Part shown: positions 62,330-64,000 of the stretch, piece by piece
Layout of the letters: each line of letters starts with the position of its first letter
Numbering within the stretch: the first letter of the stretch is position 1
Assembly (NCBI GenBank): GCA_036785375.1
Contig: JAWMAR010000203.1
Location: forward strand, 4,154,001-4,218,000
Length of the DNA: 64,000 bases
Direction of reading: 5' to 3'
From: Leucoraja ocellata
Lineage: Eukaryota
Position numbers and translations under genes: made by a program
Notes under the pieces: model-generated
The model's input: the letters and a program-made list of their open reading frames with translations, nothing else
The model's database searches: none
What the model was told of the DNA's origin: nothing

Positions 62330-64000
62330 TAATGAAAACTTATCGTTTGAAGTTTGATCTTTATTTTATGTGGTTGAAATGAGGGAATACGTGAGAGCCC
62401 ACCAGCCCTCATGCGCGTCAATCTTTAGATCCTGTATGAAACCACAGACCAGTTGCTGAAATTATACTATCGAAAGATTAACGAGCCTGGACCTACCGGT
62501 TGATCTTTATGAGAAGTAGGGTTGGGAGTGGAGGGCACGTACTCCCTCACTTCTACTTCTCATTAAATAAAGATCAAACTTCAAACGGTAATTTCTCGTT
62601 TAATCTTTCTGTTTTATTTCAAAGTCACGTGATTGACTACGTAAAGCCTTCAAAGCTATGTGGTTTCATGCAGTAACCCAATCTGTGTGTGAAACACTTA
62701 AACAGATAAAACCATAAATGGTAGAAAGACATGGGTTATTATCAACATGATGCTAACTTGCATACATGGCCATTGCTCTTAATCGGACCATAGTCCCAAT
62801 TGACTTTGAGTTAGACAATAACTCATGCAACACTGTACAGAATTCTTTCTGCAATCATCCAGACATATTCAACCAATATGTTATAACTTCTGAAAGCGCA
62901 CAATGTAAACATCCTGCTGTTGCAAGAAGATGGACAAATGGGAATATCCTTTCTATTGGCTGCTAATGAGCCACTAACAATCTCTTGAAAACTATTAATT
63001 AACAATGAAGAACTTTTCCATCATCGCATTGGTACCCGCAAGGTCAGTGTACCTGTATACATAATAACACCCCCAATCTCCGATCTGGGGGATATGCTGT
63101 CAACTCCAACTTGTACCCAGCCGTGCCCGTTTAGCTTTATGAGATCATTCCCATAACAAGCTACCCTCATGTCAGTTATGACCCAGAGACCGAGCCAGAG
63201 ATTGAGTAAAGGGTATGTTCTTTGTGCTGAATCAGCTGCTAAAACATAAGCAACTTAAAAGATTCTGCTCCCATGAGGAAAACAGTAGATGAATATCTGC
63301 ATAATAATGTACTGATATACATTCCACACTACTATTGGTCTAGGCTTTAGAGCAGTCATATAAAATACACCTTGCATGATGTTAGTCAACAACCAATAAC
63401 CAATCATTAATTGTCCCACTTATGGTACTATAGAGAATGACAAAGCAGCTCAAACAGTGTCAATTGAACTATAACATAATTGCTTCTCTGAGCGCAAACT
63501 GAGAGAAACACAAAGCTCTGCTACTTATGTTTAAAAGCAGCGCACATGTCTTCTCCACAAAGTCCCATACAATCGTGCAGAGCGAGCTGCACGAGAAATA
63601 GGCTGAGCTAGCCCTCACTCGTGACTTTGAGTAAATAGGAGCTTCGTCAGCCGCCTTACCATGGACACGCCAAATGAGTAGGCAAATTTGGCATTATTAA
63701 ATTTCATGTTGCCTCATCCTTAATATCTTAAGAGGCATCTACTGATAAACCCCTAAGTCTTATCAGCTACAAAATTTGTGTGTTGTCTAAAACCTCCATG
63801 ACACAATGCCCTTTTGATTCGATAAGGGCAGCATTAGCTTTAGAATCTTTGTAAATAGCCTAGGCCTGAAGACAACCCCTAGGTAGAGCCTAAATTTCGT
63901 ACCACTGGCTTTGTCATCAAAACACCAGATATATCTGTACCCCTCATGAAGAGATATAGCAAAGTATGCATCTTCAAGATCGATTGAGACCCTCATCCTC
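62330..64000 (-). mobile_element. Degenerate DIRS-type tyrosine-recombinase retrotransposon (3' end and RT)
   Basis: SIDLEDAYF...PRLFTKILK RT peptide. The terminal 62330-62372 is complementary to 62560-62605, consistent with a DIRS ITR/ICR structure. Confidence 0.7.

Noticed and set aside
1-64000. Prokaryotic systems (CRISPR arrays, operons, rRNA/tRNA genes)
   Set aside because: The sequence is vertebrate with spliceosomal introns. No regularly spaced repeat-spacer array; tRNA-like pieces are SINE heads.

Overview
Eukaryotic vertebrate DNA. The repeat content (CR1, Rex1, Penelope, V-SINE-like, Tc1) suggests a cartilaginous fish, probably a skate or ray; this is inference. Most of the window is nested transposable elements. 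One host gene can be reconstructed on the minus strand: a butyrophilin/B7-family Ig-superfamily gene. Its parts are a putative non-coding exon 1 (~24930-24851), a leader exon (23721-23672, MYFKHLVFSILFASA), a ~20.7 kb TE-filled intron, an IgV exon (2968-2630) and an IgC exon (1576-1316); the gene continues off the left edge. Directly upstream is an MHC-type S-X1-X2-Y promoter module with canonical spacing (25020-24956), plus NRF1-like sites and an ISRE cluster. This points to NLRC5/CIITA-type co-regulation with MHC genes. Notable mobile elements: an intact-ORF ISL2EU/THAP-DDE transposon whose 674-bp TIRs are built from a decayed copy of its own THAP exon, and related MITEs; an unclassified CxxH-DDE transposon; an intact full-length Rex1-type LINE; a protease-deleted Gypsy provirus; a class I ERV pol shattered by nested insertions; a solo LTR; a Tc1; hAT remnants; and a DIRS end.
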